Assembly (NCBI RefSeq): GCF_004010195.1
Contig: NC_057757.1
Span: 3,481,851-3,534,676, forward strand
Source: Chiloscyllium plagiosum
Lineage: Eukaryota
Length of the DNA stretch: 52,826 bases
Direction: 5' to 3'
Shown here: positions 34,865 to 47,789 of the stretch, piece after piece
Position numbering within the stretch: the first letter of the stretch is position 1
How the letters are laid out: each line of letters begins with the position of its first letter
The notes under the pieces: generated by a model
The model's input: the letters and a program-made list of their open reading frames with translations, nothing else
The model's database searches: none
Told to the model about the DNA's origin: nothing
Position numbers and translations under genes: made by a program

Positions 34865-35480
34865 TAAGGTCATAAGATATAGGAACAGAATTAGGCCATT
34901 CGGCCCATCGAGTCTGCTCCACCATTCCATCATGGCCGATTTGCTCCTCACCCCCATTATCCTGCCTTCTGCCTATATCCCTTCAACCCATTACCGATTA
35001 AACATTCGTCTAACTCCTCCTTAAATTGACTCAATATCCCAGCATCCACTGCACTTTGGGATCGCGAATTCCACAGATTCACAATCCTTTGGGAGAAGTC
35101 GTTTCTCCCCAACCCTGTTTTAAATTTACTTCCCCTTTATCTCAACCCAGAATGCCCCCACAAGAGGAAGCATCTGCTTCATGTCTATTTTATCCGTGCT
35201 TTTTACCATCTTGAATACCTCCATTTGATATCCCCATATTCATCTAAATCACAGAGAGTATAGGCCTAGTCTGTTCAATCTATCTCCATACGACAAGCCC
35301 CTCATCTCTGGGATCGATCTAGTGAACCTCCTCCGAACTGCCTCCAATGCCACTACGTCTTTCCTCAAACAAAGAGACCGAAACTGTGCACAATACTCCA
35401 GGTGTGTTCTCTGCCTTGTATAGTTGCAACAATACTTCCTTATCTTTACATGCTATTCCATTAGCTATAAAGGCCACCAT
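34865..35480 (-). mobile_element. CR1-type LINE 3' fragment
   Basis: Minus-strand HLEYCAQF...VRRRFTR motifs plus 3'UTR. Confidence 0.8.
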
Positions 35481-35481
35481 T

Positions 35482-35820
35482 CATAGAATCCCTAAAGTGT
35501 GGAAACAGGCCTTTCAGCCCAACAAGCCCACACCAACCCTCCAAAGAGTAACCCACCAAGACCCATCCCCCTACCCTATTACTCTACATTTACCCCTGAC
35601 TAATGCACCTAACCTACACATTACTGGTCACTATGGGCAATTTAGCATGGCCAATCCACCCTAACCTGCATATCTTTGGAGTGTGGGAGGAAACCAGAGC
35701 ACCGAAATGAAACCATGCAAACGTGGGGAGAATGTATAAACTCCACACAGTCGCCCGAGGATGGAATCAAACCCAGGTCCCTGGTGCTGTGAGGCAGTAG
35801 GGCTAACCACTGAGCCACTG
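35482..35820 (-). mobile_element. HE1 V-SINE
   Basis: Full-length pattern. Confidence 0.9.
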
Positions 35821-35974
35821 TATCAGCCAGTCCATTGGCTTGCTTTACTATCAGCTGTACCTGAGCGATAGTTTGATGCATTGGGGAGCACAGCGGAGTG
35901 GTTGCTCTGTGATGTGTTAACGGTTCATATGGAAGCCACGTGGGTGCCAAATCCTTCGACTTTGTCGACGATTT

Positions 35975-36298
35975 GACACAGTGGCTCAGTTAGCACTGCT
36001 TCCTCATAGCGCTAGAGACTTAGGTTCAATTCTTGCCTAGGGCAACTGTCTGTGTGGAGTTTGTACATTCTCCCCGTGTCTGCGTGGGTTTTCTCCGGGT
36101 GCTCCGGTTTCCTCCCACAATCCAAAGATGTGCAGGTTAGGTGAATTGGCCATGCTAAATTGCCTGTACTATTAGGTGCAATAGTCTGGGGTAAATGTAG
36201 GGGAATGGTTTGCATGGGTTGCTCTTCAGAGGGTCGGTGTGGACTTGTTGGGTTGAAGGGCCTGTTTCCACACTGTAGGGAATCTAATCTAACCTAAT
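35975..36298 (+). mobile_element. HE1 V-SINE
   Basis: Full-length pattern. Confidence 0.9.
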
Positions 36299-36907
36299 TT
36301 GCAATCATCGCCTCTGTAAGCTGTCACACTATCAGGTCTCGGGTTGGCCCTGATCCCACGGGATGGTGGGATAGGAGCGAGGGTGGCCTGCTCCCGATCC
36401 TATGCAGCAACTTAGTTCACACCCACCATATAGGGAAGTGAGCCTGGCTCCCTTACCCTGTCCGGGCCTCCACGTGACTCCAGGCCCTACAAGTGATTCC
36501 AGGCCTATGGCCAACAAGTGTGGGCCCAGTCAGCCAAGCCCACGCGTCAAGAACAAGTGCAGATACATTTTGGATTCCCAGCTCCGGGAGAATGTACACC
36601 TCTTACAGCACATTCACGGCGCTGGAGGAGGGTGTGTGTCCAACTTCCACATTCGAGAGCTGTTGCCAGTTCTCCCGGCGTTCCAATTGACTGCTCCATC
36701 CGCAGAGGAATCACACCAATTTCGAAAATGTAACCCTGTGTCTCCACAGATGCAGCCAAACCTGCTGAGTTTCTCCAGCAGTCCATGTCTGGTCCACCTT
36801 AATTGTCTAATTCGTTGCTGGAAAAGGGGTCTGGAGAAAACAGGATAGGATCTTAGCAAAAGCTGCATCTGTTACATAGGCCCAGAGTGATATATTGATC
36901 GAAGCAT

Positions 36908-37212
36908 AGATTAGATTCCCCTACAGCGTGGAACCAGGCCCTGCAGCCCAACCAATTCACACTGGCCCACCGAAGAGTAACCCACTCAGACCCATTTCCC
37001 TCTGACTAATGTACCTAACACTATGGGCAATTTAGCATGGCCAATTCACCTGACCTGCACATCTTTGGACTGTGGGAGGAAACCAGAGCACCCGGAGGAA
37101 ACCCACGCAGACACGGGGAGAACGTGCAAACTCAACACAGACAGATGCCCGAGGCTGGGATCAAATCTGGTTCCCTGGCGCCGTGAGGCAGCAGTGCTAA
37201 CCACTGAGCCCA
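36908..37212 (-). mobile_element. HE1 V-SINE
   Basis: Full-length pattern. Confidence 0.9.
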
Positions 37213-38221
37213 CCCTGGTGCCTGCTCTGTGGATGGCAAGTCAGCGATTGGTAGTAATCCTTCGTGGGGTGTAGGTGTCACTGCCTGGCTCACCATTTGC
37301 CGCCCAACCTTAATTGCCCCTTAAGGAAGTAGGAATGCCACTCCCTTCAGTTCCCCTCTGAGCCACTCTCTCATCCCGACTCAGATATATGTCGGCTGTT
37401 CCTTTAGTGTCAAAATCCTGGATGCCTGGATGGGTGGGAGAGGGCGCTCCAATGACACTCCAGAAGCTCATCATCCAGGGACAAAGCAGCCCCCCCACTT
37501 GATTCACATCACATCCACTCCCTCCCCACCAACGCTCAGTAGCAGCAGAGTGTGCCATCTACAAGACACACTGCAGAAACTCACCAAAGCTCCTTAGACA
37601 GCACCTTTCCAAATCCAAACTTGCAGGGGCTGATGTTCCCACCTACCTGCTGACCTTGTCCTTCTGGATGGAAGTGGCCGTGAGTTTGGAAGGTGCTGTC
37701 TGAGGATCTTTGTGTGCATCTTATAAATAGAGTCATAGAGTCATAGAGATGAACAGCATGGAAACAGACACTTCGGTCCAACCTGTCCATGCCGACCAGA
37801 TATCCCAACCCAATCTAGTCCCACCTACCAGCACCCGGCCCAAATCCCTCCAAACCCTTCCTATTTATATACCCATCCAAATGCCTCTTAAATGTTGCAA
37901 CTGTACCAACCTCCACCACATCCCAAACACTGCTGCTACTGAGTGTCGGTGGTGGAGGGAGTGAATGTTTGTGGATGTGGTGCCAATCAAGCAGGGGCTG
38001 CTTTGTCCCTGGATAGTGTTGAGCTTCTTGAGTGTTGTTGGAGCTGCCCCCATCTAGGGACAATTGGGGAGTATTCCCTTACATTCCTAACTTGTGCCGC
38101 CAATGGTGGGACAGGCTTTGGGGTTAATCGCCTTCTCTTCAGCTGTGAAATAAGATGGTGAGGGTTTCTTGAGGATAAACTTTGCTTTCCCAGAAAAGCA
38201 GAGGTGGTATTTCCTTATTAC

Positions 38222-38500
38222 TGGTGACTCAGTAGTTAGCGCTGCTGCCTCACAGCATCAGGGACCTGGGTTCAATTCCTGCCTCGGGCGACTGTCTGTG
38301 TGGAGTTTGCACATTCTCCCCGTGTTTGTGTGGGTTTCCTCTGGGTGCTCCGGTTTCCACCTGTCAGGTCAGGTGAATTAGTCATGCTAAATTGTCCATA
38401 GTGTTAGGTGCATTAGTGAGAGGAGGGGTGGTCTCTCTTTGAAGGGTCAGTGTGGACTCGTTGGGCTGAAGGCCCTGTTTATGGAATCTAATCTAATCTA
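38222..38500 (+). mobile_element. HE1 V-SINE
   Basis: Head, V-domain, (AATCT)n tail. Confidence 0.85.
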
Positions 38501-38514
38501 ACACTGGGTTTTGA

Positions 38515-39550
38515 CTTGAAAGTGGAGTCGCCGGTCGATAGGATAGTGAAGAAGGCATTTGGTATGCTTTCCTTTATTGGTCAGAGTATTGAGTACAGGA
38601 GTTGGGAGGTCACGCTGTGGCTGTACTGGACATTGGTTAGGCCACTGTTGGAATATTGTGTGCAATTCTCGTCTCCTTCCTATCGGAAAGATGTTGTGAA
38701 ACTTGAAAGGGTTCAAAAAAGATTTACAAGGATGTTGCCAGGGTTGGAGTTATAGGGAGAGGCTGAACAGACTAGGGCTGTTTTCCCTGGAGCGTCGGAG
38801 GCTGAGGGGTGACATTATAGAGGTTTACAAAATTATGAGGGTCATGGATAGGGTAAATAGGCAAAAGTCTTTTCCCTGGGGTGGGGGAGTCCAGAGCTAG
38901 AGGGCATAGGTTTAGGGTGAGAGGGGAAAGATATAAAGGAGACCTACAGGGCAACTTTTTCACACAGAAGGTGTATGGAATGAGCTGCCAGAGGAACTGG
39001 TGGAGGCTGGTACAATTAGCTGCCAGAGGAACTGGTGGAGGCTGGTACAATTGTAACATTTAAGTGGTATTTGGATGGGTATATGAATAGGAAGGGTTTG
39101 GAGGGATGTGGGCCGGGTGCTGGCAGGTGGGACTAGATTGGGTTGGGTGGCACGGTGGCACATTGGTTAGCACTGCTGCCTCACAGCGCCAGAACCTGAG
39201 TTCAATTCCCGCCTCAGGCAACTGTCTGTGTGGAGTTTGCACATTCTCCCTGTGTTCGTGAGGGTTTCCTCCGGGCGCTCTGGTTTCCTCCCACAATCCA
39301 AAAATGTGCAGGTTAGGTGAATTGGCCATGCTAAGTTGCCCATAGTGTTGGGTAAAGGGATAAATGTAGGGGAATGGGTCTGGGTGGGTTGCGCTTCAGC
39401 GGGTCGGTGTGGACTTGTTGGGCCAAAGGGTCTGTTTCCACACTGTAATCTAATCTAATCTAACCTAACCTAATCTAATCTAATATCTGGTCGGCATGGA
39501 AGGGTTGGACCAAAGGGTCTGTTTCCATGCTGCACATCTCTATGATTCAA
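38515..39550 (+). mobile_element. CR1/HER1-like LINE 3' fragment with an HE1 (39144-39482) in its 3'UTR
   Basis: KVESPVDRIVKKAFG...RRLRGDIIEVYKIM; the UTR resumes after the HE1. Confidence 0.9.
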
Positions 39551-39684
39551 TGACCCTATGACTTTCCTGCTGGTGACAACTAATTCAAAGGTATTTCTTA
39601 ATCATGCCAGGTCCTTGTGACTATTAACAAGCATCTGAGGCATTGGATGGGTCCGATGGCTGAATGGACCCCCATTTAACATCA

Positions 39685-40200
39685 GCAGAAAGACCTTGGC
39701 CAGTGGTCTTTCCCCACTGTGGCTGCCCCAAGCTTTAGTGTGACCCTCAGCATGTAGTCCTGGACCTTCTGAAATGTCCCAGTCTGCAACACTGAGTCCG
39801 GGTCAACTCTTTCAAATGGAAGGCCAACACGTTTTGGGCAGACCATTGCTGTCTTCCACCCAGTTGATGGTCCTCCAGGCGCAGTCAATGTTGGTCTCGC
39901 TCTGTGTCCTGGGGAACAGAGTCCTGTGTCACGGAACTGCTCAGGGACAAACCTGGACAAAAACCACTGCACCTTCCTCCAGACTTCCTTCGCAAAGGCA
40001 CATTCCAGAAAGAGATGTGTATGACAGTCTCTACCCTCTACACAGCGAAGGCAATGTGCAGTGGTGCAGAGAGTCTGGGCTTACAGGAAGGATCTGATTG
40101 GCAGTGCCCACCTCAAAACCAGCCAAGTGACATCTTGGTGCTTGTCAGGCAGTGTTGGGGATGAGGCGCTCTGCCAGATGCGAGTCAGAGGTGGAGAGCA
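39685..40200 (-). mobile_element. L1/Tx1-like LINE 3' fragment
   Basis: C-terminal KVQDYMLRVTLKLGAA...WGKT and an upstream Cys/His-containing segment (HLFLEC), typical of fish Tx1-like ORF2. Confidence 0.65.
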
Positions 40201-40509
40201 CCTCATCTCGATTGCACCCTCCGGCAACTCGCTGTCATTGCAGAGGTAAAGTGGTCACTTCCTCGAAATGAGGGCGCCTGCTCACTTATCAACACACACA
40301 ACTTCCTTCTGACCCGCAGATATGTGATGACTGTCCCTCCCTCCATCCTGCTTTTAAGGAAGGACATCGTTATCTCAACTTGCTGTTGGCACAATTACAA
40401 CACCCCGACTTGCGTGATTTGAGTGATGACTGCATATTTTCCTCTCTGTCTCATTTGTCCCTTGTTCTGCTCTGGACCTCCAGACTCAGGGAAATCATGT
40501 TGATTTCAT

Positions 40510-41770
40510 CGAATAAGTTGATTCAGGATAGTCAACATGGTTTTGTGAAGGGTAGGTTGTGCCTCACAAACCTTATTGAGTCCTTTGAGATGGTGACCAA
40601 AGAGGTGGATGAAGGTAAAGTAGTTGATGTGGTGTATATGGATTTCAGTAAGGCATCTGATCAGGTTCCCCACGGTAGGCTATTGCACAAAATATGGAGT
40701 CATGGGACTGAGGGTGATTTAGTGATTTGAATCAGACTTTGGTTAGTTGGAGGAAGATAGAGGATGGTGGTTGATGGGAAATGTTCACCCTGGAGTACTA
40801 GTGGTGTACTGCAAGGATCTGTTTTGGGTGCACTGCTGTTTGTCATTTTCAGAAATGACCTGGATGAGGGTGTAGAAGGATGAGTTAGTAAATTTGCGGA
40901 CAACACTGAAGTCGGTAAGTTGTGGATAGTGATTAAAGATGTTGTCGGTTACAGAGGGACATAGGTAAGCTGCAGAGCTGGGCTGAGAGGTGGCAAATGG
41001 AGTTTAATGCAGAAAAGTGTGAGGTGATTCAGTTTGGAAGGAGTAACAGGAATGCAGAGTACTGGGCTAATGGCAAGATCCTTGGTAGTGTAGATGAGCA
41101 GAGAGATCTTGGTGTCCGTGTACATAGATCCTTCAAAGTTGCCACCCAGGTTGTTTGGGCTGTTAAGAAGGCATACGATGTGTTAGCTTTTATTAGTAGA
41201 GGGATCGGGTTTTGGAGCCACGAGGTCATGCTGAAGCTGTACAAGACTCTGGTGCGGCCGCACTTGGAGTATTGCGTGCAGTTCTGGTCACCGCATTATA
41301 GGAAGGATGTGGAGGCTTTGGAAAGAGTTCAGAGGAGATTTACTAGGATGTTGCCTGGCCTGGAGGGGAGGTCTTACAATGAAAATTTGAGGGAGGGGTT
41401 GAGGCTGTTTTCGTTAGAGAGAAGAAGGTTGAGAGGCGACTAAATTGAGACTTATAAGATAATCAGAGAGTTAGATAGAGTGGACAGTGAGAGCCTTTTT
41501 TCTTGGAAGAGGGGGCATAGCTTCAAACTGCGGATTATAGATATAGGACAGATGTCAGAGGTAGTTTCTTTACTCAGTGAGTAGTAGGGATGTGGAATGT
41601 CCTGCCTGCCAACTCGCCAACTCTACGGGCATTTAAATGGTCATTGGATGGGCATTTGGACGAGAATGAAATAGTGTAGGTAAGATGGGCTTCAGATTGG
41701 TTTCACAGGGCAGTGCAACATCGAGGGCTGAAGGGCCTGTAGTGTGCTGTAATGTTCTATGTTCTATGTC
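40510..41770 (+). mobile_element. CR1-type LINE (RT core to 3' tail), decayed
   Basis: [43 protein letters not shown], (TGTTCTA)n tail. Confidence 0.95.
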
Positions 41771-41907
41771 TTCCATCTTCCCACTCACCTCTTTCCATCT
41801 CAGTGATAATTGGATGGCAAACAGCTTGGGTATAGATCAAGAGTTATTCCTGGCTGGCACTGAAGGCCTGCAGGATATAGATTCCTACAGTGGGCAACTC
41901 ACCTCCA

Positions 41908-42265
41908 GGGGAGGCAATGTCCTAGTGGTATTTTCACTGGACTGTTAATCCAGAGACCCAGGTAATGTTCTGGGGACCCCGGTTCGAATCCTACCATGGC
42001 AGATGGTGGAATGTGAATTGAATAACAAACCTGCAATTAAGAGTCTAATGATGACCATGAATCTATTGTCGATTGTTGAAGAGTCCCATCTAGATCACTA
42101 ATGTCCTTCAGGGATGGAAGCTGCCATCCTTACCTGGTCTGGCCTCCAGGTAACTCCAGACCCACAGCAATGTGGTTTACCCTGAACTGCCTTCTGGGCA
42201 ATTAGGGATGGGCAATAGAATGCTGGAGCCAGTGACACCCACATCCTGTAACTGAATAAGAATAA
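41908..42265 (+). mobile_element. tRNA-derived SINE family 2 (SlmI/MetaSINE-like), near full length
   Basis: A-box-like TGTCCTAGTGG, B-box GGTTCGAATCC, conserved core, tail GGGCAATTAGGGATGGGCAATA. Confidence 0.8.
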
Positions 42266-42419
42266 AGGTTCACCTGACCCTGCTCACCAGCTACAAGTCA
42301 TAGAAACATACAATACAGGAGCAGGTGTAGACCTCTCTGCTCTTCGGACTTCCTCTCCTGGTCAATCATGTAACTCACTTCCGCTTCCATACCCTTTGAT
42401 CTTTATGGTGTTATACTAG

Positions 42420-43230
42420 GAGAGTCATACAGCACAGAAACAGACCCTTCACTCCAACCCCTCCAAGCAGACCATTATCCCAAATTAAGCTAGTCCCACC
42501 TGCCTGCTCCTGGCCCATATCCCTCCAAACCTTTCCTATTCTTGTAATTATCCAAATGTCTTTTAAACATTGTAACTGTACCCACACCCACCACTTCCTC
42601 AGGAAGTTCATTCCACACCCGAATTACTGTCTGTGTAAAGAATTTGCCTCTCACGTCTGTTTTAGATCTCTCACTGGAAACATATACCCCCTAATTGTGA
42701 AATGCCCCATCCTAGGGGAAAACCACCTGCCATCAATCCTATCCATACCCCTTGTGATTTTATAAACCTTTATAAGGTCACTTCTTAACCTCCGACACTC
42801 CATTAGGAAAACTCTCAGTCTATCCAGCCTTATTTTATAACTCAACCATCTATTCCTGGTAACACCCTGGTAAATCTTTTCTGAATCTTGTCCAGCTTGA
42901 ATAATATCCTTTCTAAAATAAGGTGACCAGAACTGAACACAGTTCTCCAGAAGAGACCTCACCAACATTCTGTACAACCTCAACATGACATCCCAACTCC
43001 TATACTCAAAGGTCTGAGCAATGAAGGCAGGCAAGTTAAATGCCTTCTTAACCACCCTGTCAACATGTAACATGATCTTCAAAGAATGATGTACCTGAAC
43101 CCCTAAGTCCCTCTAGCCTACGGCCCTACCATCCTGCTCTTGTCTGTCACTCTTCAGCCCATTGAGCTATTTGATCAAGATCCCTTTATAATCTTAGATA
43201 ACTTTCTTTTATGTCTACTATACCTCTGCA
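42420..43230 (-). mobile_element. CR1/HER1-like LINE 3' fragment
   Basis: ORF 42651-43082 VDRVVKKAF...RRLRSDLIKVYKI. Confidence 0.9.
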
Positions 43231-43795
43231 GTGGACAAGGATGTTGCCAGGGTTGGAGGGTTTCAGCTACAGGGAGAGGCTGAATAGGCTGGGGCTGTTT
43301 TCCCTGGAGAATCGGAGGCTGAGGGGTGACCTGATAGAGGTTTATCGTGAGGGGCATGGATAGGGTAAATAGACAAAGTCGAAGAGTCTGGTGCTAGAAA
43401 AGCGCAGCCAGTCAGTCAGCATCCGAGGTGCAGCAGAATCAACGTTTCGAGCATACACTCTTCATCAGGACACTCCTTTCCCTGAGGTGGGGAAGTTGAA
43501 AAGTAGACGGCATAGGCTTAGACTGAGAGGGGAAAGAATTACAAGTGACCCGAGAGGGATATTTTCTACGCTAAGGGTGGTGCCTGTAAGGAATGAGCTA
43601 CTAGAGGAGATGGTAGAGGCTGGTACAATCACAACAGTTAAAAGGCATCTGGATGGCTCCATGAATAAGAAAGGTTTAGAGGGAAATGGGTCAAATACTG
43701 GCAAATGGAACAAGATGAACTTAGGATATCTGATCAGCACGGATGAGTTGGACCGAAGGGTCTGTTTCCGTGCAGTATGACTCTATGACTCTATT
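43230..43795 (+). mobile_element. CR1/HER1-like LINE 3' fragment with a short PLE insert (~43381-43472)
   Basis: [21 protein letters not shown]...SRRHRLRLRG plus UTR. Confidence 0.85.
43441..43468 (-). ncRNA. Minimal hammerhead ribozyme motif (family 1 variant)
   Basis: CTGATGA-A-GAGT(gtat)GCTC-GAA-ACGT-T. Helix II has a compensatory G-C to A-U change relative to the other copies. Confidence 0.6.
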
Positions 43796-44270
43796 GAAAG
43801 TCTTCAAATGTTTCTAACATCCAGAGATAGTGGAGACAAAGATAGACATGTGGAATGAGGTTATTCCACAACTGGAATATAGCTGGAGGTTGCTAAGAAT
43901 ATGCATCCAGTGGTTTGTGGTGTGTTGCATTTGTTTAGCTGCTAAGTCCAAAAAGGATAGGCTGTGGATCCACATTGAGAGATTCGGACAATGATTCAAC
44001 ACCAATTAATGATGAGCTATTCTTTAAAAAGACTTGGCCCTGATATAGACCCTTATCAAATTTCTCAGCAGTTTCCATTCAGTGAATCATTTCAACTTGC
44101 TCATTTCAATTCTCGCATGGATTGTATCTGCATTCCCAGGCAGTGTGTCTCTTTCTCCCCCGCTATGTCTCGCTCCTTCCCTCAATAAAGAGAAAACAAT
44201 TAACAATCTAAAGCCTGCTTTCCTGAAAAGAACTGAAATATGGCCCAGGGATTCTCAGTAGAACTGGCCG

Positions 44271-44361
44271 AGGTTGGGATGTTAGCCAGGGTTGGAGTTA
44301 GGATTGGCATTAGTGTAGGGATGGAGTTAGAGTTAGGATTAAGTTTAGGGGTGGTTTAGGA
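44271..44361 (+). repeat. Highly degenerate (TTAGGG)n-like hexamer tract
   Basis: GGTTGG AGTTAG GATTGG CATTAG...AGTTAG AGTTAG GATTAA GTTTAG. Confidence 0.55.
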
Positions 44362-44542
44362 GGAGAGAAGGTTCCAGGATAGTGCTGTGGGCTCTTTGAA
44401 ATTCAGCCAAAGTTTGTAATTTCAACCACAGCATAGCACCTCCACTTTCACTTGTACTCCAAGACACAATCTCTGGAACTGGGCCTTGCCCCCCACATAG
44501 ACTCTGACTCGACTGAGCACTGTTCGTTGCTTGTTCAAGGAA

Positions 44543-44850
44543 CTTTGGCTAGGGTTGACCTTTGGTCTGGGTTGACTTTTGGCTAGAAGTGACCTTTGCC
44601 CAGGATTGACATTTGTGCTGGGGTTGATCTTTGTGCCGGGATTGACCTCTGGCTGGGGTTGACCTTTGCACTGGGGTTGACCTTTGCACTGGGGTTGACC
44701 TTTGTGCTGATGTTGATCTTTGGCTGGGATTGACCTTTGGTTAGAGTTAACCTTTGGCTGGGTTTGACCTTTGGCTATGGTCGACCTTTGGTTAGGGTTG
44801 ACCTTTGACGAGGGTTGGTGTCTGGCTGAGGTTAACCTTTAGCTGGGGTC
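44543..44850. repeat. 17-18-bp minisatellite, ~17 copies
   Basis: Unit ~TTGACCTTTGGCTRGGG. Confidence 0.9.
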
Positions 44851-44914
44851 GCTCAGGAGCTCCAGCCAGGAGAGAGAGAGAGACAGAGAGCTGGACAAAC
44901 TTCAGCTGGTAACT

Positions 44915-45045
44915 AGTCTCCATCTCATTGCTATTGATGGGATCTTGCTGTGCTCAATCTAGTAGCGATAATTCCCACGTTGCAACAGGCAAAGAACAAT
45001 TCAAAATTGCCTTCCATTGGCCATGCAGTGCTGGGAGACAACCTT
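44915..45045 (+). mobile_element. DeuSINE (SacSINE1/AmnSINE1-like) remnant
   Basis: CTCATTGCT...TGGGATCTTGCTGTGC...TTCAAAA...TTCCATTGGC matches the Deu-domain/tail pattern as I recall it. Confidence 0.6.
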
Positions 45046-45904
45046 GGTTTGGGAAGGGTGAGGCAAGAACAAGGGCTTCTCCAGTTTCTGAACCTTTATC
45101 TCGAACCCCCTCGGCCCTAGTTTCTTTCATTTTCCAATTCAGCTCCACATGCTGACTCGGTTAACTCATGCCCACATCCTTGTCCCTCACAACAGCGAGC
45201 ATTTTGAAAGAAAGAAATGGACATATCAACCGCAAAAGAGGTCCCAACCCCCGATTAAAACATCTGGAAGATACGGGGACCTAGGAGCTGCAAACTCAGC
45301 CTTATGTTTCAAGCTGAAGAGGAAGAGGGGCTCGACATAAACATGAAGCAACAGGTAACCACCACAAGCGTCTTGACTCAGTTGGCAGTTTGCCCCGTCA
45401 GGAAACAAAACATTCCACACATACCAGTCTACTCTACAGGAAAGCGGTTCTTTTCAGATGTAGCGTGCCTAACTGAGCTGTGAGAGACCGATTACTCACG
45501 GACACGCATCTCTGCAGAGTCAACCCTGGAAACTTTCTGACACAGAGAGCAGTGGGTCACAGAGTGCATGACCTGTTACTGACTTCGATAGAATCTTGCC
45601 CGCGGGCAAGAGAGTTAATGACGGGTGGGGAAGTGGAGCCATGGTCTTGATAGAACAGGGCCAAATGGCCGTGTCCCCCCTGGTCCATTCCTTTCCAACA
45701 TTTGTCCCTGGGTGAGGTGGGACTCATCATGCCATCCCTACTTTGCCTTGGGAAGTTGGCGATGACGATATTAGCAGAGTTGAGATGGTTTGAGTGGATA
45801 CGTTGGTACTTATGGTGACATGAGTCCACCTGGGGGAGGATACCTAAAGGCTTGGCTAAAGGAGACTCAACCTTCATGAACATAAAACAGGACTAATACA
45901 AGTT

Positions 45905-46407
45905 AGAATTGCTTCAGTGAGGAAACAGGCCATTCAGACAGTTGAGTCCACACCCTCCACCTGAAGATCATCCCGCCCAGACCCCATCCTATCCCTGTAA
46001 CTCTTACATTTCCCCATGGCCAATCCACCCTAACCTGCACATTCCTGGACATTATAGGGCAATTTCCCATGGCCAATCCACCCTAACCTACACATCCATG
46101 GACATTATGGGACAATTTCCCATGTCCAATCTACCTTAACCTGCATATCCTTGGACACTATGGGACAATTTAGCATGGCCAATCCACCCTAGCCTGCACA
46201 TTCCTGGACACTGTGGGACAATTTAGCATGGCCAATCCACCCTAACCTACACATCCCTGGACTGTGGGAGGAAACTGGAGCAACCGGAGGAAACCAATGT
46301 AGACACAGGAAGAATGTGCAAACTCCACACAATTGCCCAAGAATGGAATTGAACCCAGGTTCCTGGTGCTCTGAGGCAGCAGTGCTAACCACTGAGCCAC
46401 CATGCCA
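45905..46407 (-). mobile_element. HE1 V-SINE with ~5 internal 53-bp units
   Basis: Tandem units at 46010-46260 between head and tail. Confidence 0.9.
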
Positions 46408-46724
46408 TCTTAGTTACTGACATATTAGCAACATTACATCTGAATTACAGAATGAGACAGCATGCTCAGTGTCAGGGCGAATCATATTGCAGCTGGAATA
46501 GCATTGATAAGTATGCAGAGTCAATGGGTCAGTGCTCCCTGACTCTGTAACTGCTGAAACAGGCTGGTGTAGCTTTAGTAAACACAGCAGTGGGGTTAGC
46601 CCCTGACAATACTGTGGCATTACGAGGTGTATTTTGTCCTGCTTTTGTTTTTAAAGAGAGATTTTGAGGCAGAGATAGAGAGCTGCCTATCTGAATCCAA
46701 GAAAGTAAACAGCTTGTGAGGCCA

Positions 46725-47255
46725 TGAATTGAATTGAATTGAATTGAGTTTATTGTCACGTGTACCGAGGCACAATGAAAGGCTTTGTCTTGCGAGCAAT
46801 ACAGGCAGATCACAGAGTTAAGCAACATAGATAGGTAAATGATAGATAAACAGCGGCAAAATCAAAAACACAGGTACAGGTGAATGTTAAGAGTTTGTGA
46901 GTCCATTCAGTATTCTAACAACAGTAGGGTAGAAACTGTTTCGAAACTGGCTGGTGCGTGGTTCAGGCTTCTGTACCTTCTCCCCGATGGTAGAGGTTGT
47001 AGAAAACCATTGCCAGGCTGGGGTGAATCTTTGAGAATGCTGGCGGCCTTTCCTTGACAGCGGGCCTGGTAGATGGATTTTATAGATGGGAGGTTGTGAT
47101 TGTCCCGGGCCGAGTTCACCACTCTCTGTAACCGTCTCCGATCTTGAATGGTACAGTTAACATGCCAGTTAGTGATACACCCAGACAGAATGCTCTGGAT
47201 AGCGCACCTATAAAAGTTGGCAAGGGTATTCGCCGCCATGCCAAATTTTCTTAGG
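46725..47255 (-). mobile_element. Rex1/Babar-like LINE 3' fragment
   Basis: LRKFGM...LANFYRCAIQSILSGCIT.W...DRRRLQRVV...PLPSGRRYRS; (TTCAA)n tail. Confidence 0.85.
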
Positions 47256-47259
47256 GTTT

Positions 47260-47789
47260 TCATTAAAAGTTGGAACAATAGAAGCAACCTGGCTGGGTGG
47301 GGTTAAGCTCACCCAGAACCAGGATTTTTAGTTTTAGTTTCTTAGTAGCAGTTGCTGGGGTCTTGAAGCTGGGGGTCTGAAAGCTGCAGCACCTCACTCC
47401 CTGCTAATCTCTCAGAGTTTTGTCTTGGCGGTTTTTTTCCCCTCCTGGATTGGAGAATTGCCTGTGAGACAATCTGTTTTACTGAATTTGCCTTTGCCAT
47501 GGGTGTGTTGTGGGATGTTACTGGATCGAACAGCTACTATTTAGCAATTAAACAATCGATTATTCTGTTAAGCTTTCTCAATTGGGTTACATTATTCCAA
47601 TTTCTTTCACCTTTGTTTGCATTTTAACGGCAGTGTTTGAATGAAGTGTTTTGCCTGAAGCCTGGTACTTTGACCAATTGAATTGCACCCAGAATGCAAT
47701 GCTCTACACTTGCCTTTGAAATAAGAAAAAGTTCGGTTCTATACTATCTTCTGAATATATTTTGAGGGGGCTTGGTCTGATCCAGAACA
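47260..47789 (+). mobile_element. Probable partial solo LTR
   Basis: T-rich LTR-like composition with no ORF, ending ...TTGGTCTGATCCAGAACA. The 5' TG end and a TSD were not found. Confidence 0.35.

Noticed and set aside
38983..39052. Perfect 35-bp tandem duplication
   Set aside because: Ordinary slippage within a dead LINE.
18902..43920. Other protein-like spliceable segments (near 18902, 19957-20018 minus, 21144, 26344, 34476, 36582, 40320, 43835)
   Set aside because: Weak splice sites or in-frame stops, no consistent phase chain and no recognisable homology; not distinguishable from noise without RNA data.
45594..45611. Perfect 18-bp palindrome TCTTGCCCGCGGGCAAGA
   Set aside because: About 0.2 are expected by chance in a window this size (4^-9 x 52.8 kb), and there is no supporting context.
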